Source of the DNA: Candidatus Thorarchaeota archaeon
GTDB taxonomy: Archaea; Asgardarchaeota; Thorarchaeia; Thorarchaeales; Thorarchaeaceae
Length of the DNA: 56,075 nt
Assembly: GCA_038893995.1 (NCBI GenBank)
Contig: JAWAQK010000003.1
Location: 24,710-80,784 of the forward strand
Reading direction: 5' to 3'
Under the pieces are notes generated by a model. It was not told where the DNA came from. It searched no databases and saw only the letters and a list, made by a program, of their open reading frames with translations. The position numbers and the translations under genes are program-made. Below are positions 17,890 through 27,990 of the stretch, in pieces (the stretch's first letter is position 1; each line of letters begins with the position of its first letter).

Positions 17890-20445
17890 TCATGGCCTCT
17901 GTCTCCGGGCAATGTGGACCGTCACGACCAAGAATGTCACTACGACGACCAATACTGCCGATGTGACTATCGACCCTGTCATGGCGGATGTCACAGTCAC
18001 CAAGACAGTGTCAGCTGCCCACTGATCGCTGGCATCGTAGACCACAATTGTATAGTTGTGTGTGCCAATCTCCAGACCGTCTGCATTCACCACGATATTG
18101 CCGCCGTACCAGTCATCGAAATAGAAGAGGACTCCGTCCAAGAATACCTCATATCGAGACGGTCGTGCGTCTTCTGCACTCCAGTTGATCCTGTGTCCAA
18201 ACGTGCCATACTCAAACTGGATGTCATCAGGATGGTCTATTGTTGGTGGAGTCGTGTCCACGACCGTGACAAATACTGTGTCACTTGCCCAGTTGCCAGA
18301 CCCATCATAGACGACGAGTGTGAAGTTATGAATGCCGACATCTAGGTCATCAAGATCAATGACGATCTGAAGACCAGTCCAATCGTGCTCTTCGAAGAGT
18401 GACTCGTGCAGGTATATCTCATACCTGGCCTTGAGTGTCGCCTCATAGACAGTCCAGGTGAGCCTATGCCCACTGGTACCATACTCAAACTGGATGTCAT
18501 CAGGATGGTCTATTGTTGGTGGAGTCGTGTCCACGACCGTCACGAGTACTGTGTCACTTGCCCAGTTGCCAAACTCATCATAGACGACGAGTGTGAAGTT
18601 ATGAGTCCAGGGATCTAGACCGTCGACATCGATGATGACCGGAGAACCGTCCCAGCTGTCGTCATACTCGAGATACTCACCATCCAGATACACAACGTAG
18701 CGCACTGGACTTGCTTCTTGTATGATCCAGACGATGCGGTTCCCAGAGGTCCCATATTCATACTGAATGTCATCGGGGTGGTCTATGATAGGTGGCTCTG
18801 TCTCGGGATAGGCCAGAGGATATCGATCGACGCTGCCTGCACTTCCGGGTACGGAGTACGATCCAGAGCCACTGTAGTCGCTCCAGCGATTTCCCTTTGA
18901 AATGCAGTCATCCCAGGAGTTTGCCGTCCCATTGTCGTGAGCGTTGGATAGACCGTTGTGCCCGATGACGTTTACGAACAGAAGGTTGTAGGAGGAGTTT
19001 CCCCACAGATAGACACCAAGTCTCTGGTTGTGGGTCACTGTATTTTCGAATACTTTGCAGAGTCGTGACGCATGAAGGACGATACCGTCAATGGAGTTAT
19101 TGGTGACAGTGTTCCATGACAGACAACAGGACTCAGATGACTCCAGATAGATCCCACGCAGGCTGTTGTACGTGGCCTCAAGCTCGTACAGAGTGCAGCC
19201 GGTAGAGAAGCCCACCTGTATCCCGACTGATGCATTGGCAAACGTACCATTAATCACGGTCAGTCCAGAACAATTGGCGACAATGATCTGACCGTACTGG
19301 GATCCGTCTACGAGTTCTCCGGCAAGGTCCCTGAAATAACCGAGAGATTTGCCGTTGATCATGTTGTGTTCAATGTCGTGCAACCAATCATGGACAGAGG
19401 GCCCAGACATGACTACCCCGTTGTTGAGGAAAGTATTGTTCATGAGAGCGCATGCCTTGGACTGGGACAGGTAGGAGCCCACGCCGTTGTGTGTCGCTGT
19501 ACAGCCGATCAATGTGCACGAATCAGAAGACTCGAAGTAGAACCCAGAGCCAGCATTGTAGGAAACAGTGGTATTGGACACAGTCAAGAAGTCACATGAC
19601 TCGAAGTTGAAGCCGTCTCGAGCGTTGTAGGACGCGCTGTTCTCTACCAGCGTGCACAGATCGGAGGTCTGAATGAAGAATCCATCGTAGTTGCAGTATG
19701 AGGCGGAGTTGCCTCTCAGGATGCACGAGTGCGACGACTCGAAGTAGAAACCATAGTCGTCACCCAACGCCACATTGTGAGCCAGAGTGCAGACGGTTGA
19801 TGCGAAGAGAAAGAATCCAGCCCAGTTGGCCGTCGAAGTGTTGTTGGTCAGACTGCAAGAGTCAGACTCACGTACATAGAATCCCTGCAACTCGTTCTGC
19901 AATGCAACACTGTTCGTCACTGTGCACGAGTCAGAGCTCTGGAAGAGGAACCCGATCCGGTTGTCCGTTGCAGTGTTGTTGATCAATATCGTGCCGGGGG
20001 AATTATCGACCCTGACTCCAGAGAAGTGTTCACCTATGACACAGTCACGGATGACTCCGTGAACCGCATTACTCAGAACCACTCCATCGTTCATTGATGA
20101 TGTGCTCGACGAGATGAGGCAGTTCCGTATCTCGAAGTAGGCAGTGGTTCCCGATATGCGGATGCACGTATCCGAAGACGTAATGTCAAGACCCTCGATC
20201 ACGTAAGGGTCAGTGGGGGTTCCACTGCCGGGCCATCCCTGTGACAAGAAGTCGTCATTCGAGTCTATGACGATAGGAGCATGCGGTGCGTATGAGGTCA
20301 CGCTGATTCGACCTGGATCAGCCACTCGGCCCAGACCTGCGAAACCCGATGTCTGGCCCCCGAAGCTGATGCAGCTCAGGATCAGTGATAGTAGTAACAC
20401 AAATGAACACGAAACGCGTAGGCCATGCCCGCCCATGGACGTCAC
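17890..20445 (-). CDS. Cell-surface protein: signal peptide, NosD/CASH right-handed beta-helix, three Ig-like repeats, C-terminal TM anchor
   Basis: HAPIVIDSNDDF..WPGSGT..DPYVIEGL, repeated (S)xxCxLxxNxAxxN..GF, GNRWSDY..Y.VPGSAGSVDRYPL, three PPxIDHPDDIQxEYGT..HN(F/Y)TxVVYD..WA.DTV repeats, hydrophobic C-terminus followed by RRQRP. Confidence 0.85.
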   Translation of the reverse strand: MTSMGGHGLRVSCSFVLLLSLILSCISFGGQTSGFAGLGRVADPGRISVTSYAPHAPIVIDSNDDFLSQGWPGSGTPTDPYVIEGLDITSSDTCIRISGTTAYFEIRNCLISSSTSSMNDGVVLSNAVHGVIRDCVIGEHFSGVRVDNSPGTILINNTATDNRIGFLFQSSDSCTVTNSVALQNELQGFYVRESDSCSLTNNTSTANWAGFFLFASTVCTLAHNVALGDDYGFYFESSHSCILRGNSASYCNYDGFFIQTSDLCTLVENSASYNARDGFNFESCDFLTVSNTTVSYNAGSGFYFESSDSCTLIGCTATHNGVGSYLSQSKACALMNNTFLNNGVVMSGPSVHDWLHDIEHNMINGKSLGYFRDLAGELVDGSQYGQIIVANCSGLTVINGTFANASVGIQVGFSTGCTLYELEATYNSLRGIYLESSESCCLSWNTVTNNSIDGIVLHASRLCKVFENTVTHNQRLGVYLWGNSSYNLLFVNVIGHNGLSNAHDNGTANSWDDCISKGNRWSDYSGSGSYSVPGSAGSVDRYPLAYPETEPPIIDHPDDIQYEYGTSGNRIVWIIQEASPVRYVVYLDGEYLEYDDSWDGSPVIIDVDGLDPWTHNFTLVVYDEFGNWASDTVLVTVVDTTPPTIDHPDDIQFEYGTSGHRLTWTVYEATLKARYEIYLHESLFEEHDWTGLQIVIDLDDLDVGIHNFTLVVYDGSGNWASDTVFVTVVDTTPPTIDHPDDIQFEYGTFGHRINWSAEDARPSRYEVFLDGVLFYFDDWYGGNIVVNADGLEIGTHNYTIVVYDASDQWAADTVLVTVTSAMTGSIVTSAVLVVVVTFLVVTVHIARRQRP
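18206..18540. repeat. Intragenic direct repeat, 273-bp period, encoding Ig-like domains
   Basis: 18206-18267 and 18479-18540 are identical over 62 bp, with further shared blocks downstream of each copy. Confidence 0.9.
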
Positions 20446-20693
20446 GAACGTGCATGCTCGTGCTAGGGAAAATAAGGTTTCTTAGAGAGTGGATAGGCCC
20501 TACCTGTGCAACCCATGACATGGATCGACCGGCGTCTGCAGCAGGAATCGGGATCGGTCGCGGAGCTGTCTTACGCATGGGGCCGGCGTACTGCAAGGGC
20601 CGCATGCTCGTCCGTCTCATCGTGCTGCAGCAGCGTGGGGCAGTGGCAAACTACTTATGGAGAGCTCCATTGCCCAGATGCAGAGGTACGATC

Positions 20694-21107
20694 ATGGCCG
20701 AGAACGATGAAAGTATCTATGTCATAAGCTGCAGGCAGGACCTGCTCAGTATGGGGATCGATCGAGTCCGCTCCCGGTTGGAGGGCATGGGCGAAACTCG
20801 AATCGCCCTCGACTGGACGCAGGCCAGACTTGTCCCAGTGGTTTCAGCAGAGAGGGCGTCATTCCAGCCAGGCGAGGCTAGGATACTGAGAATCAGGCCA
20901 ATCAAGGTTGGTCCAAACGCCGCTGTCCTTCCTTCATACTACGGGGTGAACGGCATGGGACACTTGCTGTGTATTGGCGCTCAAGAGTTCGTTCACTTCA
21001 GTAAGGAGAGGATCGCGGACAGTGCCATGTTTCAGTCCCGGATCAAGGCAAGTATACTGCCCGATGACCTTCTTGGACAGGTCTTCGTTGTCCCGCCACT
21101 CACATAG
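20694..21107 (+). CDS. DUF22-like archaeal protein
   Basis: PVVS.E...F..GE.RIL.I.PI.V..N..VLP..Y..NGMG..ER.AD.AMF..DLLGQV resembles DUF22. Start taken at ATG 20694, not 20385. Confidence 0.6.
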   Translation: MAENDESIYVISCRQDLLSMGIDRVRSRLEGMGETRIALDWTQARLVPVVSAERASFQPGEARILRIRPIKVGPNAAVLPSYYGVNGMGHLLCIGAQEFVHFSKERIADSAMFQSRIKASILPDDLLGQVFVVPPLT

Positions 21108-21115
21108 ACCCTGCG

Positions 21116-21418
21116 TCAGAGCGATATGACCTTGTCATATTTCTCCATCATGAGATCGATTATGTCCGGGTAGCCCACAACATTCACAGACTTGTCGATA
21201 CGACTCCTCAGCCCGCGTTCCTCAACATGCTTCTCCGAGGCGTATGTCTTCAATCCACTTCTGATTAGGTCGTGCCCGTGCGTACATCCCATGTCGGCAA
21301 GATATACCCCATCCTGGAGCAACAGGAGCCCGATCTCGTCATTCCTTTGTCTCAGTGCATCGATGACCTCGGAAACGTCAGAGCAATCGCTAGACAACAC
21401 CACTAGAATTCTTGTCAA
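21116..21418 (-). CDS. dsrH: DsrH/TusB family sulfur relay protein
   Basis: LLLLQDGVYLA, HVEERGL, VGYPDIIDL. Third gene of the triad. Confidence 0.85.
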   Translation of the reverse strand: MTRILVVLSSDCSDVSEVIDALRQRNDEIGLLLLQDGVYLADMGCTHGHDLIRSGLKTYASEKHVEERGLRSRIDKSVNVVGYPDIIDLMMEKYDKVISL

Positions 21419-21431
21419 TGGCCTCTACCCC

Positions 21432-21782
21432 CTAGAAGGTCATTACAATGTCAGACTCGCAGAGCAGGGAAGCCACCTGCTTGTCGTCAGCAAGCCTCAC
21501 ACCATCAGAGAGTTCCGATGGATCGATCTTTCTATCTCTCAGGGAACGCATCGAGGCGTAGATGGTTCCCTCGAATCCCTCGTAGGTGCTCTTGAACATG
21601 CGAATGGGGCTCTCGTCAATGCCCCTCAGAAGCACGTAGACACCATCACCCATGAACAACAGTGTTGGGATGTGGTCCATACCAAACATACCAACAGCGG
21701 CTCTCCAGCCCTCGAAATTGTGTATCTTCCCGAAAGGTCTGCTTCTCACCAGCACAAGTACCCTCTTCTCTCTGAACTCCAA
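21432..21782 (-). CDS. dsrF: DsrF/TusC family protein
   Basis: VRSRPFG...EGWRAAVG, LLFMGDGVY, SLRDRKI, D.VMTF end. Confidence 0.8.
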   Translation of the reverse strand: MEFREKRVLVLVRSRPFGKIHNFEGWRAAVGMFGMDHIPTLLFMGDGVYVLLRGIDESPIRMFKSTYEGFEGTIYASMRSLRDRKIDPSELSDGVRLADDKQVASLLCESDIVMTF

Positions 21783-21797
21783 GTCAATCCACCTCTC

Positions 21798-22169
21798 CTA
21801 AGGACCCAGGCACAGAAGTCGGTCACACTGACCAACAATCTCAGCAAACTCTGTGAGGCCGGACACCTGTACCCCGGGAATGAAGTCACTACCACCCTGG
21901 TCGAAACCACGGGCCGATGTGCAGAGTCCACATGCCTGGAACTCGACACCAGCATCAGCCAGCTCCTGGAACCGCCTGTTCATGGGGATATCTGGGTCGG
22001 GATCCTGATTCAGTTTCGCATTGTTGACTCCGTCGATGAAGAGAAAGACTTTCACGTCATATCCCTTCTCGAGGGCAGCCCTGGCAAGTTCATAGAAAGT
22101 GTGGCTGTTCTCGTACGAGTAGGGACCAGTTGTTAGAAGAACCCCTAGAGTCTTGGTGTTCACGCTCAC
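21798..22169 (-). CDS. dsrE: DsrE/TusD family sulfurtransferase
   Basis: TTGPY, VFLFIDGV, ACGLCTSARG (persulfide Cys region), SGLTEFAE. Confidence 0.85.
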   Translation of the reverse strand: MSVNTKTLGVLLTTGPYSYENSHTFYELARAALEKGYDVKVFLFIDGVNNAKLNQDPDPDIPMNRRFQELADAGVEFQACGLCTSARGFDQGGSDFIPGVQVSGLTEFAEIVGQCDRLLCLGP

Positions 22170-22340
22170 TATCTCCGATGTTGCTGCTGACCAGTCGTCG
22201 TCTCGCCGCAGTAAAGAGGTTTTCCATTCGTTCCCACAAGATTGATAGCGCCTACGACACGCAGCATGACTACTCCGAATGACGTGGGATGAGATGCTGT
22301 GGACTTTGTTACCATATGCTACTCGACAAAGAGGGAAACA

Positions 22341-23360
22341 ATGAAGTATGAATACGACACCGACGAGCAGACATTGGACCTACACCACAGAGGTATCGTG
22401 TCAATAGACCTCTTGCCTCTGTCCGGCGCTGCGTGTCTCAAGAGCATAGATCTGAGCGAGAACAGCATTGCAGAGCTCGACATAGAACCACTTAGAGAGT
22501 GCAGTGGTCTGGAAACATTGAACCTCAACAAGAACCCTCTTGGAACCGTTGATCTGGGCCCTCTGTCTGATTGTCGTTCGCTCCGTGAGGTGGGCCTTGC
22601 TTCCACGGGAATTGAGTCAATCGACCTGACTCCTCTCAGAAACTGTCGAGAGTTTCGAAGGCTACGTCTTCAGGGTAACAGGCTCACGAGGATAGACCTG
22701 AGCCCGCTCTCAGGCTGCACGAAGATGGAGATCGTCGAACTTGAGAACAACCGACTTGAGACGCTGGACCTGAATCCGATGGCCGGGTGGCATCGTCTGG
22801 CACACCTCAACCTCATGTACAACCGTCTCAGGTCACTGGATCTGACTCCCCTCCGCTCCTGCACTGGTCTGAGCTACCTCTACCTACACCACAACAGGAT
22901 ACGGGAACTCGACCTCAGTCCGCTGCGTGGGTGTCCAAATCTTCAGATCCTCAGGTTAGGGGGCAACGCTCTTACGTACATCGATCTGAGTCCACTGTCC
23001 GATTGCAGAAACCTGAGCAGACTGGACCTTGAGATGAATAATCTCGAGTCGATAGATCTTACACCACTCTCAGGACTTGAGAGGTTACGGGTGCTCGACC
23101 TGTCAGGCAACAGACTCGAGACTCTGGACCTCAGTCCCCTCTCCGGCTGCAGGTCGCTTGAGGAACTTCATCTATACTCTGAACATCCACAGGAGAACCA
23201 TATCGAAACGCTCGATGTCACGCCCCTGTTCGACTGCCCTGGCCTCGAGGACCTGTGTGTGTCAGAGGATACTGTGTTGACCGCGGATCCTTCTGTCAAG
23301 AACATCGGGGGCACCCCACCAGCCCTGAGGGGTGTCAGCGCAAGGTTGAAGTGGCGCTGA
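22341..23360 (+). CDS. Leucine-rich repeat protein (22-aa repeats)
   Basis: About 12 repeats of LxxLxLxxNxLxxLDLxPLxxCxx. Start taken at ATG 22341 after gaggga. Confidence 0.92.
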   Translation: MKYEYDTDEQTLDLHHRGIVSIDLLPLSGAACLKSIDLSENSIAELDIEPLRECSGLETLNLNKNPLGTVDLGPLSDCRSLREVGLASTGIESIDLTPLRNCREFRRLRLQGNRLTRIDLSPLSGCTKMEIVELENNRLETLDLNPMAGWHRLAHLNLMYNRLRSLDLTPLRSCTGLSYLYLHHNRIRELDLSPLRGCPNLQILRLGGNALTYIDLSPLSDCRNLSRLDLEMNNLESIDLTPLSGLERLRVLDLSGNRLETLDLSPLSGCRSLEELHLYSEHPQENHIETLDVTPLFDCPGLEDLCVSEDTVLTADPSVKNIGGTPPALRGVSARLKWR

Positions 23361-23438
23361 AGGCAGTCCCCTGTCACCACTGAGTAGCGCTACCAGGAGG
23401 ATATGTCTGGAAAGCGCGACATGTGAGGTCGATCGAAG

Positions 23439-24086
23439 ATGGTTGTGGAGATGGATGAGGCAACTCGGGCACAGGTAGCACACTTATTCACTGGTCTCGA
23501 GGCAGATGTGACAATGCACGTCTTTGTGGAGTCCCGAGACTGTCTTTACTGCAACGACACCCTCGCACTGGCCAAGCTTGTTGCAGGAATATCGGACAAG
23601 GTACATGTCCAAGAGCACCGTGGAGCGCTGGGGACTGGCATTGCGGCTGAGCTGGGTGTCAAGTATGCCCCAGCAATAGTGCTACATGGAGAAAAGAGAT
23701 ACAAGGTGAGATTCTACGGTATACCAGTGGGACATGAGTTTGGCGCCCTGATAGGGACGATAGTGGATGTGTCGACGGGAACCCCACCCCTGCCACCCGA
23801 CGTGGTGAGCGACATCGCGGCCATAGAGAGTCCGATCCATACTCTAGTGTTCACGACGCCTCAGTGTCCGTACTGTCCCAATATGGTACGGTTGTCTCAC
23901 CAGTCTGCAATAATCAATCCACTCATCGAGTCGGACATGATCGAGTCGCTCGAGTTCCAACACCTCACAATGCACTATGGGGTCTTTGGGGTACCCAAGA
24001 CTGTAATCAATGACCAGGTCGAGATAGAGGGACTTGTACCGCCGGAGGTGTTCGTCGAGAAACTCTACCAGGCTGTAGAGAGATGA
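23439..24086 (+). CDS. Protein disulfide oxidoreductase (PDO, two thioredoxin folds)
   Basis: CLYC and CPYC motifs, RFYGIPVGHEF, GVPKTVIN. Confidence 0.9.
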   Translation: MVVEMDEATRAQVAHLFTGLEADVTMHVFVESRDCLYCNDTLALAKLVAGISDKVHVQEHRGALGTGIAAELGVKYAPAIVLHGEKRYKVRFYGIPVGHEFGALIGTIVDVSTGTPPLPPDVVSDIAAIESPIHTLVFTTPQCPYCPNMVRLSHQSAIINPLIESDMIESLEFQHLTMHYGVFGVPKTVINDQVEIEGLVPPEVFVEKLYQAVER

Positions 24087-24140
24087 CCATACAGTGGCGG
24101 TCTCCCTGAGGGCAAGAACCGAAGTTGGACTCAGAAAGGC

Positions 24141-25082
24141 CTACTGTCCCCCTGTGCCACAGGTGATGACAAACTCGGTCTCGTTGACATATCGGTAGGC
24201 CTGATACGCCGCATGCACACCCTCCGCGACTCCTGTGATGGCCTGCTTGAACTCCGAGTCTGTGACATCACCAGCCGCAAACACACCTGGTACGTTTGTT
24301 CTACCGGTGCGGTCTATCATGATCTCACCTCGGTCGTTAAGGGCCACACCAAGACGCTTGGCCAAGTCTGACTTCGGTATCCAGCCGATCGCCACAAACA
24401 CACCATCGAGAGGCAATACGTCGGAACCGTTGTAGGCTCTATCTAGCCTGACCGCCCTCACAGAGTTGTCACCCATTATCTCTACCACGTTGGCCTCGTT
24501 GATGATCTCGATATTGTCTGACTGCATGATCCTGCGGGCATTGACGGGCTCGGGTCGTATCTTCTTCCCCCTGTAGACTATGTACACCTTACGACAGTAC
24601 TTGGAGAGCAACAGGGCCTCCTTTGCAGCGCTGTCGGAACCACCTATTACCGCCACGGTCTTGTCCTTGTAGAGCGGAGCATCGCAGAGCGCGCAGTAGC
24701 TCACACCGCGATTCCTGTACTTGTCGTGCCCCTCGACTTGTAGCTCTCGCTCCTTGACACCGGTCGCAAGCACCAGGCTCTTTGCGAGAAAGGTCTTCTT
24801 GTCGGTCACGACGTAGAACAGGTTGTTGGAGCCACGGAAGACATCTGTCACGGTACCAGATTCCATATCGACGGGGTAAGACTTCGCATGTGACTTGATC
24901 TTCTCTGCGAGTTCCTTTCCCGTAAGCTGGATGAAGCCAGGGTAGTTTGCTACATCATCTGTCAGTGTTATGGTACCCCCATCCGTATCGCCAATCACGA
25001 GAGTTGACAGGTCAAGTCGCGCGGCATACATGGCGGTGGCATAACCGGTCACCCCAGAACCAATCACTATCAAGTCGTACAT
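24141..25082 (-). CDS. trxB: Thioredoxin-disulfide reductase
   Basis: GSGVTG FAD motif, NYPG, GVSYCALCD, GGSDSAAKEA, VFAAGDVT, QAITGVAEG. Confidence 0.92.
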   Translation of the reverse strand: MYDLIVIGSGVTGYATAMYAARLDLSTLVIGDTDGGTITLTDDVANYPGFIQLTGKELAEKIKSHAKSYPVDMESGTVTDVFRGSNNLFYVVTDKKTFLAKSLVLATGVKERELQVEGHDKYRNRGVSYCALCDAPLYKDKTVAVIGGSDSAAKEALLLSKYCRKVYIVYRGKKIRPEPVNARRIMQSDNIEIINEANVVEIMGDNSVRAVRLDRAYNGSDVLPLDGVFVAIGWIPKSDLAKRLGVALNDRGEIMIDRTGRTNVPGVFAAGDVTDSEFKQAITGVAEGVHAAYQAYRYVNETEFVITCGTGGQ

Positions 25083-25084
25083 GT

Positions 25085-25327
25085 CTACTTGCCTCCCAGC
25101 CTTCGGGTCATTCTCCTCTCTATCATCCGGTCATAGCCAACGAACACGTCGTTGTCAATCACTGTAACAGGCACTCCTCTCTGACCACTGATCTTGTACA
25201 TCTCCTCGAGTATGCGTGGGTCGTCGAGGACGCATTTCATCTCGAAGTCTACGCCTTTCTCCTTCAGGAACTCCCTCAATGCCTTCGTGTGCGGACAGTC
25301 TGGGACAGAATATATCGTCACCTTCAT
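25085..25327 (-). CDS. Glutaredoxin/NrdH-like redoxin (monothiol CPHT)
   Basis: IYS.PDCPHT, SGQRGVPVTVI, VGYD. Directly upstream of trxB. Confidence 0.85.
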   Translation of the reverse strand: MKVTIYSVPDCPHTKALREFLKEKGVDFEMKCVLDDPRILEEMYKISGQRGVPVTVIDNDVFVGYDRMIERRMTRRLGGK

Positions 25328-25473
25328 CGTCTGACCTCCGCCAACATCTGCAGTTGCTCAGAAACGACCTGTTGGGACATATAGCTTTTGGACCGTGTGT
25401 GTGCAATACCTTAACAGTCATAAGACAGGACGGCCAGACTAGGATCAGCGTAAACAGAGAGGATCAGCTGCAA

Positions 25474-25950
25474 ATGAGACGAGAGGAAACTATTGCCTTC
25501 GTGAACAGGCAGATCGAACTTGAGGAGAGGATAATCCAGATCACTGAGAGCAATGTGTCCAGACTTGGGAATGTCTTCGTCAAGGAACTCCTTCTAGGTA
25601 TAGCTCAGGACTCAAGAAAGCATATCTCGCTCCTGAACGCACTCAGACGTGCTGTGGAGGGACCAACACCCTTCATAAGTACAGCAGAACGAGACGCAAT
25701 CGCGAAGGGGATCGAGAAGCACATAGAGCTTGAGGCAAAGGCAATAGAGTCCTACGGCTATCTGATGGACACTTCTGATAACGAGCAGGTCAAGAGCATA
25801 GCCGCAATGATAAGAGAGGACGAGGTGCGACATCATCGACTCATGGTCGAGCTCCACAAGGCCATGATCGAACCTGAGACGCTCGATGAGGATACCATCT
25901 GGGACATGATATGGAAAGACACGCCCTGGCATGGCAGCCCTGGGGGATAG
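25474..25950 (+). CDS. Ferritin-like/rubrerythrin-like four-helix-bundle protein
   Basis: Two repeats: QIELE..DSRKH and HIELE..DEVRHH. Start taken at ATG 25474. Confidence 0.8.
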   Translation: MRREETIAFVNRQIELEERIIQITESNVSRLGNVFVKELLLGIAQDSRKHISLLNALRRAVEGPTPFISTAERDAIAKGIEKHIELEAKAIESYGYLMDTSDNEQVKSIAAMIREDEVRHHRLMVELHKAMIEPETLDEDTIWDMIWKDTPWHGSPGG

Positions 25951-25986
25951 GCACTACCAACAGCCAGCAGACATCAGGAAGTCGGT

Positions 25987-26529
25987 TCAGAGCGCAAACT
26001 TCTGGAGAATGCTCATGAACTTGAAATCCAGGCTCTCAATCCCAACCCCTGTCTTGGCTGATATGAGCTGTGTCGGCATGCGGTAGGGGACAGCCAGCCT
26101 GTCCATCTCCTGCTGGACTTGGTCAAAGGGGGGATGCAGAAGGTCAATCTTGTTGCCCACGAGGATGAAACGCTCTCCGTCCCCATTGGAGAACTTGAAA
26201 TTGCTGTTCCTCTCGATGGCAGGAATCCAGTATCCGAAGATGGCGTCAAGTGTAGCCAGTTTCGTGACGTCAAAGAATAGCAGTCCAATCTTCGCACCTC
26301 GTATCATGGCCTGAAGAGACTCGATGAACCGCATCTGGCCACCAAAGTCCCATAGGCTCAGGGTGACCTCGCGACCATCGGGGAGAGTGACTTTCTTTGT
26401 GTCGAACGAGGCTCCAACGGTTGTCTTGAGTAGTGCGGGATCAGGAAAGCAACCGGTCGTCCACCTTGTAGTAAAGCTGGTCTTCCCACACTCAGTGTCT
26501 CCAAGGATCACAGCCTTCACTATTGCCAT
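25987..26529 (-). CDS. Small GTPase (Rab/Roc-like), module copy 2
   Basis: GDTECGKTS, KTTVGASF, WDFGGQ, LLFFDVT, NKID, ISAK. Confidence 0.92.
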   Translation of the reverse strand: MAIVKAVILGDTECGKTSFTTRWTTGCFPDPALLKTTVGASFDTKKVTLPDGREVTLSLWDFGGQMRFIESLQAMIRGAKIGLLFFDVTKLATLDAIFGYWIPAIERNSNFKFSNGDGERFILVGNKIDLLHPPFDQVQQEMDRLAVPYRMPTQLISAKTGVGIESLDFKFMSILQKFAL

Positions 26530-26591
26530 CAGTATGACACCTCGTTGTCAGCCGTACGATGTGTCTGCAACGTGGCTATTCAGCATAGCTG

Positions 26592-27980
26592 TTACGTACT
26601 TCCTCCAGCCAGCACCTTGGGATTCGCACGATTCAATAGTAGACCGGAGAGACCCATGCATCCAAGCCAGATCAGTGTGGTAGCGGGTTCAATGAGTAAC
26701 ACAGTCAGTCCGAAGAGCAGACATGCGCCCGAGAAGGCCGCAAATCTCACAGCAGCTCGGAAAGACCCCAGCCGTGCAAGCCTTCGTGCGATCTCAAGAT
26801 AGCCCACCGTCCCGACGAGCAGTAGGGCGATCATCACCGGATAGAGGGCCTCATAGTCCCATCGCATTGCTGTCCAGGTCGAGTCGTACCTGAGAGCGGG
26901 CAGTGCCAGAACTGCCTGCGATGATGACAGCCCAATGATAGAGAGTCTGAATATGGAGAACGTCATTGGCGAGAACAGGGGCCTAGTGGATGAGAGGATG
27001 AATGCTGCCACTCCTACAGTGCCTATCAACCATTCGACGTACAGCAGATATTCTCCACCGACTGTGCTGCGAGGCATTTCACCGGCGACGATAGCGGTCC
27101 ACATCAGCGACTGAAACGCAGATAGGCCACATATCACAATGAGAGATACCGACAGGTAGAGAGGCACCTTCGTCGACGGTGAGATATGACCCAGCAGGGG
27201 CTCCAGAGAACCTACTGCGACGATAGAGACTAGAAGTGCCACGATCGAGAACGTCCAGACCTGCCAGAGAGAGATCCCGCCTACCAGAACGGCAACAATT
27301 GAGATCGAAACAGTCGGCAACAGCACCAAGAACAGGGCAAACAGTGAAACTGATCTTCGCCATGTCTTGAGCAGAGACCCCATCATCGAACTGACCACTA
27401 TGACTGGCAGGAAAATCAGGAAGAACTTCAGATATAGCAGGATCTCGGTCAGTAGCGGGCCGCTGGCAATCAAGTACCAGAGTCCCAGGAATGTCAGATT
27501 CAGTAAGAATACTCCATTCGTGAATGGGGATGGTGCAGCACGTAGCAGATAGACGGACAGGAGCAGGCTCACGACTGACGAGATCGTGAGTGCGGTCATC
27601 AGAATCGGTGACACCTCTGTCGGGCTGATGCTGACGGCGTAGATCGCTCCAAGTGCCGAAAAGACAGCGATTGCATACACGAGCAGATGTGCACGTCTGT
27701 CTTCTGTTGCGACCTGCACCTCGCAGTTGATGATGAATATCAGGTATATCGAGATCCATAGCCGCTGCACAATTGTACCCTCGGCAAACACTAGCGTGAT
27801 CGCCATGAGACCAACCATAAGCGACGATATCCCAAAGAATGCCAGCGCACGGACTGTTGAGGGTTTCAACGCTCTCCTCTTGGACCCCACTGCGAGCGTG
27901 TACTGGACAAGGCTGACCAGCAGTATTCCAAAGGAGAGGACTGCAGCTACAGAGTACGTCAGACTCCAGGGGAATGCCAT
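26592..27980 (-). CDS. 15-TM membrane protein, paralog C
   Basis: 15 hydrophobic segments by eye. Shares RALxF/YG, PSxF, SLxxxWRR, PLYL, YVEW and GxxRAAxR motifs with the two paralogs. Confidence 0.85.
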   Translation of the reverse strand: MAFPWSLTYSVAAVLSFGILLVSLVQYTLAVGSKRRALKPSTVRALAFFGISSLMVGLMAITLVFAEGTIVQRLWISIYLIFIINCEVQVATEDRRAHLLVYAIAVFSALGAIYAVSISPTEVSPILMTALTISSVVSLLLSVYLLRAAPSPFTNGVFLLNLTFLGLWYLIASGPLLTEILLYLKFFLIFLPVIVVSSMMGSLLKTWRRSVSLFALFLVLLPTVSISIVAVLVGGISLWQVWTFSIVALLVSIVAVGSLEPLLGHISPSTKVPLYLSVSLIVICGLSAFQSLMWTAIVAGEMPRSTVGGEYLLYVEWLIGTVGVAAFILSSTRPLFSPMTFSIFRLSIIGLSSSQAVLALPALRYDSTWTAMRWDYEALYPVMIALLLVGTVGYLEIARRLARLGSFRAAVRFAAFSGACLLFGLTVLLIEPATTLIWLGCMGLSGLLLNRANPKVLAGGST

Positions 27981-27990
27981 GTTTCATCTA

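Noticed and set aside
21192-22136. 314-aa plus-strand ORF
   Set aside because: Antisense shadow of dsrEFH with no protein-family motifs.
21116-22169. dsrEFH as evidence of dissimilatory sulfur metabolism
   Set aside because: No dsrAB, dsrC or dsrMKJOP in the window; DsrE/F/H-family genes are widespread sulfur-relay proteins.
27079-27987. 302-aa alternative-frame ORF inside 15-TM paralog C
   Set aside because: Out-of-frame overlap with a gene supported by two paralogs; its Arg/Cys/Asp-rich composition is typical of shadow frames.
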